The notes under the pieces: generated by a model | What the model was told of the DNA's origin: nothing | Database searches by the model: none | What the model saw: only the letters and a program-made list of their open reading frames with translations | Shown: positions 1 through 12,693 of the stretch, one piece after another | Numbering within the stretch: position 1 is the first letter of the stretch | Layout: each line of letters starts with the position of its first letter | NCBI GenBank assembly: GCA_951406725.2 | Contig: OX597821.1 | Location: 3,658,001-3,722,000 of the forward strand | Length of the DNA: 64,000 nt | Reading direction: 5' to 3' | Origin: Octopus vulgaris | Lineage: Eukaryota | Position numbers and translations under genes: made by a program

Positions 1-325
1 GTACATTACTTTTGGCCAACCCAATGTAGATAAGGATAAACAAAAATCTAAAAGTACGATGACAGTACCAACAACAATAACATCAACTCCGCTACGGCGA
101 CCTTCAATATAATCGTAGTAATAATAATATTAAGAGTATGTGTGTGAGCGTACGAGTGTGTGCGTGTGCGTATGCGTGTGCGTAGTGTGTAATTTCTTTC
201 GTTTGTTTATATTACACTTTAAGACTCTTCCTCAGTTTTTGTATTTACAGACAAAACCCGTGAGAATAGTAGTCGTAACAACCTCTTCACGAGAAAAATG
301 TAATATATTAGAAAATAAAACTTAA

Positions 326-475
326 GGTGTGGCTTGCTTACCAACCACATGGTTCCGGGTTCATTCCCACTGCGTGGTACCTTGCGTAGGTGTTTTCTAA
401 TATAGCCTCGGGCCGACTAAAGCCTTGTGAGTGGATTTGGTAAACGGAAACTGAAAGAAGCTCGTCGTATGCATG

Positions 476-535
<60 letters not shown>

Positions 536-744
536 TTTGTGTGTCTGTCTTTGTCTCCCCAACATCGCTTGACAACCGATGCTGGTGACTTCACGACCCC
601 GTAAATTAGCGGTTCGGCAAAAGAGACCGATAGAATAAGCACTAGGCTTCCAATAATAAGTCCTGAGGTCGATTTGCTCGACAAAAGGCGGTGCTCCAGC
701 ATGGCTGCAGTCAAATAATTGAAACAATAATAGAGTAAAGAGTA
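326..744 (+). mobile_element. tRNA-derived SINE, family 1 (bipartite, internal (TA)n(TG)n tract)
   Basis: tRNA-like head with B-box-like GGGTTCATTCCC, body ...GCCTCGGGCCGAC...GGATTTGGTAAACGGAAACTGAAAGAAG, internal microsatellite, then a 3' half ending ...GGCGGTGCTCCAGCATGGC...GAGTAAAGAG. Several homologous copies in the window. Resembles octopus tRNA-SINEs. Confidence 0.85.
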
Positions 745-1005
745 TACAAATTTCACTTTGAAAAAATTTGCATAGTTACAGGGGGAAACTATTTTATTAA
801 AATGATTTGTTTATGAGAGTGTCGTAGATGCTAAGTATTATCAAACAAACAGCGCCTCACACACGTTTGATACTGTATGCAGCACTATATGGCTTTAAAA
901 ATAATTTTTCATATTTTCGCAGTATATGAGTTAAAACAGTATTCCTATCGACTTTTGTTCTGTAGTGTCATTATTTCACCAGGTACGCGGATAGATTTTT
1001 TTTTT

Positions 1006-1257
1006 GTTTCCCGGCTTCTTGGCGTATAGGTCTCCTACCTGGACGGGACGCCGGTCCGTCGCAGATGACCTGCAAGATGCTGGAGGAAAGAGTGAGAGAA
1101 TGTTGTGGCGAAAGAGTCAGCAGAAGTTCGCCATTATATTCTGCCGAAGCAACGTGGAGCTTAGGTGTTTTCGCTCATAAACACACACATCGCCCGGTCT
1201 GAGATTTGAACCCGCGACCGCGAGTCCGCTGCTCTAACCACTAGGCCATGTGCCTCT
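1006..1257 (-). mobile_element. tRNA-derived SINE, family 3, tail type A
   Basis: Minus strand reads GAGGCACATGGCCTAGTGGTTAGAGCAGCGGACTCGCGGTCGCGGGTTCAAATCTCAGACCGGGCG (A- and B-box-like). Head is homologous to 54768-54960; the 3' part CTGCGACGGACCGGCGTCCCGTCCAGG differs. Confidence 0.8.
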
Positions 1258-2580
1258 ACATGGCCGTGTAAATCTCCACGGATAGATTTACACCACGATG
1301 AATGATGTGTATTCACAATATTCAAGAATGATTTATGCTATCCATTTCATTGTTTAGGATTTATAAACGAAATCTATCTTCATTCAGATTTGTTCTTGTA
1401 TCTTTTCTGAAAAGTGAATTCTACAGGGGAGGTTTTAACTTTGTGCAATTTACGCAGAATATTGAAAAGTTTCCCTTTTAACCGGCAACATTATGCTTGC
1501 TATGAACATTGGATCCGTTCTCATCGTCCAAAATGAAAATGCAAAGGAAGTCGAGAGCAATTTACGACACTACACTACAGAATATCAAGCGGTGTAGTTG
1601 TTATTAGTAATGTGTACCAGTTTTATCCAGCCGGTCCTTAAGATCGAAAACATTTTAATGCAGAAGGCCCTATCTTTTCAATTGTATTCTACATCTAGCG
1701 ACCTCATTCTCTCTATCATGTACTTTTTAAATTTCTATTTATTAAATACACGCAATTCACGGTTTATCTCATCTATCGTATACAGGAAACCTCTACTTAC
1801 AATCTCATTGACTAAACGTTCTGTTAGACAGTTTAATTTGATATTGTGTTCAACTGTACTCAAATCGATCATCCCATCTTGTCAGACGTATTCTATATCT
1901 GGCTACATTATACAATTTGTTATATTTTTAGAAAGATTTCTGCTTTTATATGCACTAATATGTGTTTCGAGTTCTCACTGTTCTTTAGAAAGGATGAAAC
2001 AACCACTTAGACATTCGTTCATTAGCTCGATGTGAGTCGACGATGTGGAGAAATTGAGGAGAATAACATACCTGTATACATGTGTTATTAAATACTTTTT
2101 CTTTTTTACTTGACACATACCGGTGAATATTGTACAGAAGGGGGCAGAATGTAGGATATTAATTAAAGTGTTTCACACGTGCCGAATATCCGTATTGGTA
2201 GAGTAATGCAAAATATTAAAACACGGGCGAAATAACTTGATAATCAATGTAGCGAGAGAGATTTAAGATAAATGAGAGTAGTTTGCAAAATGTTGTGCTT
2301 TACAAATATGTTTCAGATGAGAATTTGTCACGTTCCACTATCGAAATATCCAGCATGGAAATATATTGATATCGTATCGCATGATAAGGTCACAGAGTGG
2401 TAGGTACCACGTGATAAACTTATTTCAGGCATCGGTGAAGCAAATTAATCTATATCGCGGGGCATGAATGTATCTTGTAACAAAATCGCTTCATTTCTCT
2501 ATCAATCAACTCTTTATAATAATTACCTATACGTATAGAAACGAGCAAACACGTGCACACTCAAAAACATATACGCTTCA

Positions 2581-2644
<64 letters not shown>

Positions 2645-2645
2645 G

Positions 2646-2698
<53 letters not shown>

Positions 2699-2699
2699 A

Positions 2700-2776
<77 letters not shown>

Positions 2777-2825
2777 GATATCTATCTACCTACCTACCTA
2801 CCTACCTACCTATCTATCTATCTAC
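2581..2825. repeat. (TATC)n/(TACC)n microsatellite followed by (TA)-rich low complexity to about 3290
   Basis: Read directly from the sequence. Confidence 0.95.
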
Positions 2826-2963
2826 CTCTCCCTTTCGCCCCTTCTCTCTCCATCTCTCTCTTCCTATTTCTCCCTCTCTCTCCATATAAATATATATAGA
2901 GAGAGATGGATAGATAGATAGATAAATAAATATATATATAGAGATAGATAGATATGCAATGTG

Positions 2964-2994
<31 letters not shown>

Positions 2995-3029
2995 ATATAT
3001 ATATATACGTCTATATGTATCTAAATATA

Positions 3030-3080
<51 letters not shown>

Positions 3081-3155
3081 TATATATATTTATATATATA
3101 TATATATGGAATATATATATTTATGCGTATGTATATATATATATATATGTATATG

Positions 3156-3224
<69 letters not shown>

Positions 3225-3548
3225 AGATATATACATACAAAGATAGATAAGCACGCGCACGCGCACACACACACATATATACAGTGGTATGTCTATGGAA
3301 TTTATTACTTTTGACTAGATCTTCATTCAGTAGACAACAGTTATGTTTAGACATCTTTAAATGATGTTAGTTATAGTTTAACACTCAACCTAGCGGGCAA
3401 TTTTTTATTTTTATGTCTTTCTTGAACTATGAAGTTGATCGTCGAGTTTTACTCACCAGCACATTATGTAAAGTAGAGAAACACAATCATAATTTATATA
3501 TGGGGTTATATCACAGACATAACTAAGTGTATGCATACGTGTGTTGGT

Positions 3549-3620
<72 letters not shown>

Positions 3621-3626
<6 letters not shown>

Positions 3627-3780
3627 TTTATTGGGAGACAAAAGACGAAGACAAGTGTATGAAGAATATGCAGGTGTATTAGTTTGACGCTCGGGAAAGT
3701 CTTTTACGTTTCGAGATTATAATCTTCAACAGAAAGGAATAACAGAAAATAAACAGAGACAATTAAAATAAACTTGTGGA

Positions 3781-3837
<57 letters not shown>

Positions 3838-3989
3838 GTATATATATATATATGTTTGTATATAGATATATATATGTACATATTTATATATATATATATA
3901 TACATATATATACATACACATATACATATATATATATACATATATATATATATACATATATATATACATATATATACATATATATATAC

Positions 3990-4048
<59 letters not shown>

Positions 4049-4840
4049 CATATACATACATATATATACATATATATATATATACATATATATATACATA
4101 TACACATACATACATATATATATATACATATACATACATATATATACATATATATATATGCATATATATATATATACATATACATATATATATACATATA
4201 CTTATATATACATATATACACATGTATATATATATAAATATATTGCGCCGTGAACAGGTATTAATTTTCTCTCTTCGATCCTTTGCACCACATGGTCCTA
4301 ACTCTCCTCTTCTCTTCATCTAACCTCCTGCTCTCTCCCCTTCACACCTACTCCTTCCCACCCACCTCTCCTCTCTTGGTCCGACCCTTACTTCTTCTCA
4401 TGACTTCTATTCTCCTCCCAACAGCATCACACCACAGCACACACCATTACACCATACACCACCATACCACACAACATCACATCACTTCAAACCAAGCCAC
4501 CTCGCACAAACTAGCACTGATCACTTCCCAGCCCCACATCCACGCACCGAGACATACACACACGCACACGTCAAGGTCACCAGCCCTCTATCATAAGCAC
4601 GTACATACTCTTATACACACGCACCTTCTTCCTAGTTCTTTTCTGTGACCCCTCTATCCGGCATTCTCCATGATAGATCTCTATTCTTTATTTTCTCTCC
4701 TTGTTTTTTTCTGTCTTCCTTTCTGTGTAAGTGCGTAGGCTCGAAACGTTAAATACTTTATCACTTCCCAAGCGTTAAACTAATATATCTGTTTGTTGTC
4801 TACACCACCTGTCTTCATCTTTTTTTTTGTGAATTCTCCC
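3621..4840 (+). mobile_element. Penelope-like element remnant: inverted pLTR (about 3621-3780), TA tract, GIY-YIG C-terminus, 3' UTR and pLTR (about 4680-4840)
   Basis: 4243-4323 encodes [25 protein letters not shown], matching the RxxExxLIFxLxTxxPxGxN end of PLE endonucleases. 3621-3780 is a diverged reverse complement of 4680-4840. Both arms carry degenerate hammerhead-like cores. Confidence 0.7.
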
Positions 4841-4863
4841 TATATATATATATATATATATAT

Positions 4864-6550
4864 AAACTTAGATAAACTTAGATATGTTTCGACCAATGAT
4901 TGGTCCAGGTCATGTCTAACTTAATAGCACCACCTGATAGGATTATTTGAATCCTCTTTAAGTCAAGTTTGTTTATGGTCCATTCAAATAGTGAGTTTTT
5001 GTTGGGTTAGTTGTAACCAATTATGGGTGGCTTATCTGGTATTCCTTGAAGGAATCTATCCAGATTCCGTTTAAAGTTGGTGGGATCCTGTTCCTCGTTG
5101 ATCTCTTTCGGGACAATGTTAAATAGGGCAGGGCCTGTTGAGGAAAAGAAATTATGTTGTAGTGTACATGTATGCTGTGACCTTGAATTGGGCAGGTGAC
5201 GTATAGCCCGTGGTCCAAGTCTTGGATGAACCTTGAAGCTAATGTTCAGGTCGTTTGGGCAAATTTGGCGGTATATTCTCCACATCGTACAAATGATGTA
5301 CCACTCACGGCGACGCTGGAGAGAGTAGAGTTTCAAGGCTTTAAGGCGATCCCAATAATCGAGAGCAGCCATGCCTTCAATTCGTTTAGTGAGTGCTCTC
5401 TGGGGTGATTCAATCCGCGAGATTTTTTGTCTTGTATGGGGAGACCACAGTGGGCAGCAGGATTCGAGGTGTGGCCGTACAAAGGAGGAGAAAAGTGGTA
5501 TGATGACACCTTGTTCTCTGGACCGGAAAGTTCTTAAGATCCAGAAACTCATCCTACGAGCTATATCGACCTTCTTGTTGATGTGTGCACTCCAACTGAG
5601 ATCGTCATCAACAATTACACCCAGGTTTCTGATATTGTTAGAGGTTGTGAGCGGTTCCCCTGAAGGAAGAGAGTATGGCTGTTTTAGTGAGGAATTTCTT
5701 CTAAAATGCATCAGCTCAAATTTTCCCTCGTTCAGTTGCATGTTGTTTCTGTCTGCCCATTGACTCACAGAATATAGATCAGACTGGAGTTGAGTTCGGT
5801 TTGTTCTTCATTGACGATTTGCTGGAGCTTAGTTTCATCAGCAAATATTTTCTCTTTGCAGCAATGTACGACACTGGAAAGGTCGTTTATGTAGATTATG
5901 AAGAGTAGCGGACCCACGACTGTCCCCTGGGGGACACCGCTGGTGACTTTTGCTGGGCTTGAGTGGACTCCATCAACTACAACATGTTGTGTTCTATTCG
6001 CCAGGAAATACTTGATCCAGTGTAGAACTTTTCCACGGATTCCAACATTTGCCAATTTTGAGAGTAGGATATTATGGTCTACTCTGTCGAACGCTTTACC
6101 GTCAAGATATATGACATCAGAGTTCGAACCTGTTCCCAAGGCTTTGAGTACACCTTCAATGTGGTGTAAGAGCTGTGTTAGACAGTCCCTGCCACAGCGA
6201 AAGTCATGCTGATTTGCGTTTAGGAGTTTGTGGGTCTCCAGGAAGTCAGCTATCCTTGATCTTAACAGTCTTTCAAACACTTTGATGATGTGGGAGGTGA
6301 GTGAGATTGGGCAATAGTTGAGTGTGAGGGATCTGTTTCCCTGTTTGAAAACCGGGATGACTGACTGGGATAGAAACTGTTTCGGTATATAACCTGCGTC
6401 TAACGACTGCAAGTTGGTGTCTATATTCCTTCAGGAGACTAGCGGGGAATCTATCAAGGCCTACAGCAGAGTAGTATTTGCTCTCATTTATTGCTGCTTT
6501 GATGTCAGTGGCAGTGAAGGTTATGTCAGATTTTATGTTGAGAGTCAACT
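4864..6550 (-). mobile_element. 5'-truncated CR1/L2-group LINE (reverse transcriptase pseudogene)
   Basis: Frameshifted ORFs 6273-6548, 5765-6412 and 5007-5768 contain PISLTSHIIKVFE, DVIYLDGKAFDRVDH, SGVPQGTVVGPLLFIIYIND, FADETKL (catalytic DD changed to DE), W..N.MQLNEGK and VRPHLESCCPLWSP. Tandem (ATCTAAGTTT) 3' tail at 4864-4885. Confidence 0.9.
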
Positions 6551-6842
6551 TCGTTCGCTTCTCTTACGTCAATATCAGTGGGAACACTAAAGACATAGCA
6601 GTTTTGTTTCTGCAATATATATAAATTTTTGTTAGGCAAGAATGTTGTTGTTAATGATTTCGCAGTTTCAGCCAGCTAAACGTCGTCGAACGATGAGTTA
6701 GCTGATCACAACACCGAAGTCACTGTGGACAATATTTCTGCTTAAGATAAATGAACCTGTACTCGACAAAATTATAGAATAATCCATCAGCTTTATGTAA
6801 AATTCTTTTTATTATATAACAGAACATAAGAGCGAACAATAT

Positions 6843-6995
6843 TGGTGCGTGTGTCGTAAGGAGCTTGTGTCCTAACCATATATTTCCTGGTTCAGTCCCC
6901 TTGTGTCGCATCTTTGGCAATTGTCTTCTACTATTGCGTCGGGTTATCCACAGGATACAGGATTTAGTAGACAGAAAGAGAAAGACACCCGTCAT
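6843..6995 (+). mobile_element. Degenerate 5' half of SINE family 1
   Basis: Similar to 326-470 (CCTGGTTCAGTCCCC...GTCTTCTACTAT...GGATTTAGTAGACAGAAAG). Confidence 0.65.
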
Positions 6996-7020
6996 ATTTA
7001 TATATGTACATATATTTATA

Positions 7021-7067
<47 letters not shown>

Positions 7068-7072
<5 letters not shown>

Positions 7073-7570
7073 TAGGCAATAAATCCAAACTTACAGGGAA
7101 AAATCAGATTTAGGATTGAATCCAATTTTATAGTTATTATATTATATTAAATTAGAGATAAAACAACTATTAAGCAAATCATACAATGAAAAACTTAAGC
7201 CAATACATTAGATTAATTAATTTATATTATTTAAATATATATCAAAATTATTAAAAAGATAATTAATATAACACTCCGATCGTTTCATGGCTGTTCAATT
7301 CTTAAAATTTTCGAGTTACAGTCATTCTTCAGGTGGTTTAAATATTTAACTCGACAAGTTAAATATTTAAAACCACCTGAAGAATGACTGTAACTCGAAA
7401 ATTTTAAGAATTGAACAGCCATGAAACGATCGGAGTGTTATATTAATTATCTTTTTTAATAATTTTGATATATATTTAAATAATATAAATTAATTAATCT
7501 AATGTATTGGCTTAAGTTTTTCATTGTATGATTTGCTTAATAGTTGTTTTATTTCTGATTTAATATAATA
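7068..7570. mobile_element. PLE-derived palindrome (arms about 7140-7350 and 7357-7570) plus unpaired ~65 bp tail
   Basis: Near-perfect inverted repeat centred near 7353. Tail 7068-7135 is the reverse complement of 50219-50287. Hammerhead-like motif in each arm. Flanked by (TA)n. Confidence 0.8.
7373..7438 (+). ncRNA. Degenerate type I hammerhead ribozyme motif (GGA in place of GUA triplet); mirror copy at 7271-7336 on minus
   Basis: CCAC CUGAAGA AUGACUGU...ACAGCCAU GAAA CGAUCG GA GUGU. Confidence 0.55.
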
Positions 7571-7697
7571 TATATATATAGTTGGGTACAGAAATTCAGG
7601 GTGAGTACTTGATAATGGTAAGCACCTGTATACACCGTTTGGTGGTGTAGGTGGTGGAGTAAATTAATCAAAATAAAAACATGATGCCAAGGATTCA

Positions 7698-7775
7698 GCG
7701 GTACATATGTTTCGGGCCTGTATTAGACGGATTTATAACAATGCATAATGTGTGTCTAGGGCCTTCTTCAGCCGC
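7698..7775 (-). ncRNA. Type I hammerhead ribozyme motif (mirror copy)
   Basis: Minus strand: GCGG CUGAAGA AGGCC...GGCCC GAAA CAUAUG UA CCGC. Confidence 0.75.
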
Positions 7776-7893
7776 GCACAATTACTACCCCAAGGACATG
7801 TATTACATCAAAAATTTGCATTCCCAACGGAGGATTTGCATCCCCAACGTAGAATTTTTGATGTAATACATGTCCTTGGGGTAGTAATTGTGC

Positions 7894-7971
7894 GCGGCTG
7901 AAGAAGGCCATAGACACACATTATGCATTGTTATAAATCCGTCTAATAAAGGCCCGAAACATATGTACCGC
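7894..7971 (+). ncRNA. Type I hammerhead ribozyme motif, predicted cleavage after A7967
   Basis: Stem I GCGG/CCGC; core CUGAAGA 7898-7904; stem II GGCC/GGCC extended by UAGAC/GUCUA; GAAA 7956-7959; palindromic CAUAUG; GUA triplet. Confidence 0.78.
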
Positions 7972-8000
7972 TGAATTCTTGGCATCATGTTTTTATTTTA

Positions 8001-8047
<47 letters not shown>

Positions 8048-8066
8048 ATCTATATATATATCTATT

Positions 8067-8135
<69 letters not shown>

Positions 8136-8297
8136 TTCACAAAATATAAACAAAAGATGAAGACTGGTCTCTCCTCAAGAAGAGCAGTTTGATATCAGCT
8201 TTCATATGTTGGGCTACATACATCAATAACTTCCTATGATTTCTATCAAATTCAACTACTTCATAGTTTGTTTGTAAGGTTTTATTATTATTATTAA

Positions 8298-8345
<48 letters not shown>

Positions 8346-11300
8346 TTTTTTTTCTTCTTTCAAATTTGCTTCCGTTTCTTGCCGAGTGTCTTCCCGACTC
8401 CTAGGGCAAAGAAACTCATAGTGTATATTGGTAGGCCATTAAACCAAACTCAGTATTTCGTTCATATATTTTTTTTTTTTTAAAGTTAAATTAAAATACA
8501 TGAGCAGCAACAGTTCTCACATCGACAATGCTCTTCTCAATACGTGTGATGTACCAGTTAAGACAATCTTTTGCACTTCTTGCAGGGATGGTAAGCCAGG
8601 GATCATTCTCATATAATTTTCGGTTCCCTTCTTGATCATTCCTAGTGCTCCTACGATCACTGGTATTGTAACCGCCTTGAGATGCCACATTTTCTCAATT
8701 TCAATGAGTAGGTCTTTATATTTTCTGAGCTTGTCAAACTCTTTCGCTGAGATATTATGATCACAGGGGATGCTCATGTCGATCAATAAGCAAACTTTAT
8801 TGTTTTGGTCTTTCACAACAATATCTGGTTTATTGGCCTTGATGGTTCGGTCTGTATGTACTGGAAAGTCCCACAGAATGGTTACATTTTCTCCTTCAGT
8901 TACAGCCTCAGGGTGGTGATTATACCACTTGTCGGCAGTTTTGATATTGTAATGCCGACTTATTAGCCAGTGGAGATATTGGTCAACTCTGTCATGTCTT
9001 AATTTATACTCCACTGGTGCTAAGACTTTACATCCAGAGATTAGGTGGTCCACTGTTTCAATCATGTCGTTGCAGAATCGGCATTTTGGGTCTGCTCCAT
9101 TTTTCATCACTTTGGCCTGGTAGTTCCGGGTTAATAGGCTTTGGTCTTGAGCAGCCAGGATGAAACCTTCACTCTCTGCTTTTAGCCCTGAGCTCCGCAG
9201 CCACTGATGGGTTTGCTTCTGATCAACATCTGCTTGTTTGCTGCGGGTCACATATTTGCCGTGCAGAGGTTTCTCCTCCCACCTATCAGCCAATTGCTCG
9301 TGTGCTTTTTTCATTGCCATCATTTTCACCTTCTTTGCAACAATAGTTGCCGTACTTCCCTCGGGTTGTTCAGTTTGGGTATCCTGCACGAGATCAATAG
9401 CAAATTTTTTGCTTTCCTTGATGATAGAATGAAGCTTCTTTCGTCTCTCGTGATTTTCCACGAGCTTTAGCATCCAGTCATTCGATATTTCGAGATATTT
9501 GGCCAGTCCAATTGTGGTTGTTTTGTAAGCTAGTTCAAATTGGATCAGGCCTCGACCTCCTTGGGCTCTGGGAAGGTAAAGGCGATCTACGTCTGCCTTT
9601 GGGTGGTGCATCCTATTACAACTCAGCAGCTTGCGTATTTTTCTATTTATATTCTTTACTTCACTCATATTCCAGTTCAACACATTGTAGCTATAAGTAA
9701 CAACTGGAACTGCTAAGGAATTTATAGCTAACACCTTGTTACGTGCATTTAGTTCAGATTTCAGGACTGCACGAGCTCTCCTATAACATTCCTTCCTGAT
9801 TTTCTCTTTCATGCTTGCATGCTGAATACCAGAGCCTTCATTTATCCCTAAATATTTGTATGTTTGTTCTTGCTCAAGCTCTCTTATGACTGTGTCAACA
9901 TCTAACACGACTGAATTTGTGGTCTTCACTTTCCCTTTCTGGAAAGTGGCCTTGGCACACTTCTCAAGTCCAAACTCCATCCCGATGTCATCGCTGAATG
10001 CTTTCACGGTGCGCAATAGGCCTTCAAGTTCCTTATTGTCTTTACCATAAAGTTTTAAGTCATCCATATAAAATAGATGGCTTATTTTTTTATTGGCAAT
10101 TTTACACATACCCTGTTCTGTTTAATTCACTTGTTAGGGGTATTAGGGCTATGCAGAATATTAAAGTTGAAAGTGAGTCACCTTGAAAAATTCCACAGTT
10201 GATGTTTATATTTTCTGAGGCAAGTACTCCATTAGAGTGGTATAATTGGAGATTCGTATTCCACAACGACATATTGTGCTTCAGGAAGTTTGAAATCACA
10301 GGGGAAATTTTGAAGATGTCCAGCGATCTCAAGATCCATGGATGCGGTATACTGTCGAAGGCCTTTTTATAGTCAATCCATGCGGTGCTGAGATTTCTGC
10401 GCTTGTTGTGACAGTTCTCAAGGATCATACGATTGATTAGCAGTTGATCTTTGCATCCGTAAGAGCCTCGGCGGCACCCTTTTTGTTCAATGGGGAAAAT
10501 ATCGTTCTTCTCCATGAATGCATATGTTTTCTCCGCCAGGATATATGTTAGGATTTTATACGTGGTGGATAGACAGGTTATAGGCCGATAGTTTTTTGGA
10601 AGGTTGGTTTCGTTATTCTTTGGGAGTAGGTAAGTAATGCCACTTGCTAACCATTCAGGTGTTTTCTTTGGGTCTCTCATAATTCCATTGAGCAGCTGAA
10701 CTAGCTTACCGTGTGCGCAAGGGAGCGATGCGAGCCAGAAATTCGGCACCCTATCTTTACCGGGGGATTTCCAATTATGGGCCTTCGTGAGTGCCTTTCT
10801 TAGGTCTGCTATTGTGATGTCTTCCCATGCTTGTTGTTGTAAATTTTGGTAGGATCCTTCAGTTTGTATAATCCAGTCTGCATTTATGTTGTACGTCTTC
10901 TTGTCACTCCAAATCCTTTTCCAAAAGTTTTGAACTTCTTCCATGGGAGGGGGGTCTTTAACGGTTACTTTCTCCTTCCCTATTTCTCTGTAGAATTTTT
11001 TGGCATTGGATGTGAACAGCTTATTTTGCTTGTAAAACTTGTTTCTCTTCTCAAATCTTCGTATTCTTTGGGCTTTTGCTTGGACTTTTTGTTTCAGCGT
11101 TTCTTTTATTGATATCAGTTCTTCTCTTGGTGAGGATCCAAATTTTCTCTTCATCTTTCTTCCTGTTCTGGATCTTACATCATTTCCACATATTAGTTCA
11201 TTTAAAATTGATATTTCCCCTCTCATAAATTCAATCTCTTTTTCAATTTTATTTCTCCAGGTTTGATTTCTTCCCAGGTTTTGTTTTCTTTGTTTTTTCG

Positions 11301-11490
11301 GGGGAATACAGCTGGTTTCAATTGCCCTAGCAGAAGCGTAAATAATTTCATTTAACTCAGTAAAATCAGGTTTTAATTCTCGTATTATTTCATTTGTTAC
11401 ATAGTTGCCAATTTGGATTTGTTTTTTATTTTGGTTTGTATTTGAGAGTTTATGAAGCGGTTCTCTATCATTCATACTTGTATGTCTTTT
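8346..11490 (-). mobile_element. R4/Dong-clade non-LTR retrotransposon (RT + CCHC knuckle + restriction-like endonuclease), 5'-truncated, inserted in (TAA)n
   Basis: RT motifs KSPGKD, YRPITCL, EQKGC, AWIDYKKAFDSIPH, GIFQGDSLS, HLFYMDDLKLY, YKYLG. C-terminal CRFC-x7-HLISGC, RHD and KPDIV...IDMS...K..KY. A-rich 3' end at 8346-8353. (TTA)n at 8283-8344 and 11490-11645. Confidence 0.92.
8517..11488 (-). pseudogene. Dong/R4 polyprotein ORF with one frameshift at about 10105
   Basis: ORF 10102-11730 ends ELNRTGYV* and ORF 8517-10109 continues CKIANKKISHLFYMDD. The poly-N start of the first ORF is the flanking (AAT)n tract. Confidence 0.88.
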
Positions 11491-11491
11491 A

Positions 11492-11599
<108 letters not shown>

Positions 11600-11700
11600 T
11601 TATTATTATTATTATAATTATTATTATTATTATTATTATTATTATCATTGTTGTTGTTGCTGTTATTGTTCTTGTTCTTGTTGTTGTTGTCGTCATTTTT

Positions 11701-11920
11701 AAGTCGCTGATCTGGCACAATCATTAGCACGACGGGCGAAATGTTTAGCGGTATTTCGTCCTTCTTTATGTTCTGAGTTCAAATTCTTTCGATGTCGACT
11801 TTGCTTTTCATCCTTTCGGGGTGGAGTAAATAAGTACAGGTTGAGTACTGTGGACGATGTCATAAACTTAATCCTTTCATCCAAATTTCAGACCCTGTAC
11901 TTTCAAAAGAAAAGATTATT
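11701..11920 (+). mobile_element. tRNA-derived SINE, family 2 (Nin/Deu-domain-like core)
   Basis: CTGGCACAATCATTAGCAC...GTTCTGAGTTCAAATTC...GTCGACTTTGCTTTTCATCCTTTCGGGGT...AATAAGTAC; many homologues in the window. Confidence 0.75.
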
Positions 11921-11927
11921 ATTATTA

Positions 11928-12122
11928 TTCAGTAGTTTTATTTTTTTAGCGTGCTTTTACTTCACTACCGAGCGCAGCTTTGTGTGCCTTGGGTATGTGC
12001 TGTGATTTGTTGTGATGCTCTGATGGTTATTGTATTGAAAGTGTTTTTCTTAGGATGTGTGCACTACCCAACAGTGCAATTTTCTCTATGTTGTATACAT
12101 TTGTAAGTCCTGGTGTTTTTGA
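11928..12122 (-). mobile_element. 3' end of a second Dong/R4 family
   Basis: Minus strand encodes KTPGLTNVYNIEKIALLGSAHILRKTLSIQ*, homologous to the C-terminus MIPGLPSLQEVQKIVLTGTSHVLRRALSM* of the 8.5 kb ORF. Flanked by (TTA)n. Confidence 0.8.
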
Positions 12123-12171
<49 letters not shown>

Positions 12172-12693
12172 GAGTGAGAGAGCAGTTCATGCCATCAAAG
12201 TGACACTGGGGTAAAATATACGAAGCCCAATATACCCATCATGACTATCCGTCTGATAAAGGTACACCAGGCACATGCATCACAACCATATGTGCGCGAC
12301 ATGCTGATCTCATATCAAGATAAACAGCACATGACCTTGCAGGTGGGGCCCAGTTAGAATTTTCTTCAGGTTGAGTAGCCCATCCCGCTCAAAAGGTCCC
12401 TGAATAAGGGTTGTTTAAGGATGTTGAACGAACCACCCATGTTTCCAGAGGTGAACTATTCAAACCCCAAAGAATCCCTCTCAACACATGGCTATGATGC
12501 TCCCCCACTACTTCTGCTCGTGATCAGAGATGCACATATCGTCAGCCACTAAGGGACATGTTCAACTGGTTAAGGTCAAACAATTGACAAGCAAATCTGT
12601 GGTATTGAGCAGAATATTTGCTGTAGCCCATCTTTTATACCAAGACAAAACAATGTACATGATAACACTTCCAATCAGTTAAGATCAGAAGCC

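Larger units (their letters stand above)
7581..8008. mobile_element. Second PLE-derived palindrome (arms about 7662-7816 and 7853-8006) with left tail 7581-7661
   Basis: Inverted repeat of ~155 bp arms with few mismatches. Centre has a short tandem TTTGCATYCCCAACG x2. Hammerhead in each arm. (TA)n on both sides. Confidence 0.8.

Noticed and set aside
1700-2040. Possible very old L1/Tx1-like coding trace and the 145-aa plus ORF
   Set aside because: Similarity too weak to support by eye.
2468-4253. Many ORFs of YIYI/HTHT/CVCV/LSIY type here and throughout the window
   Set aside because: They are translations of (TA)n, (CA)n, (TG)n and (TATC)n microsatellites, not genes.
4885-4915. GACC-AATCATT-GGTC-GAAAC on minus, resembling half a hammerhead
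   Set aside because: No CUGANGA; better explained as the 3' stem-loop of the CR1/L2-type LINE.
7681-7988. Two near-identical 61-aa ORFs on opposite strands
   Set aside because: A by-product of the palindrome; no recognisable domain.
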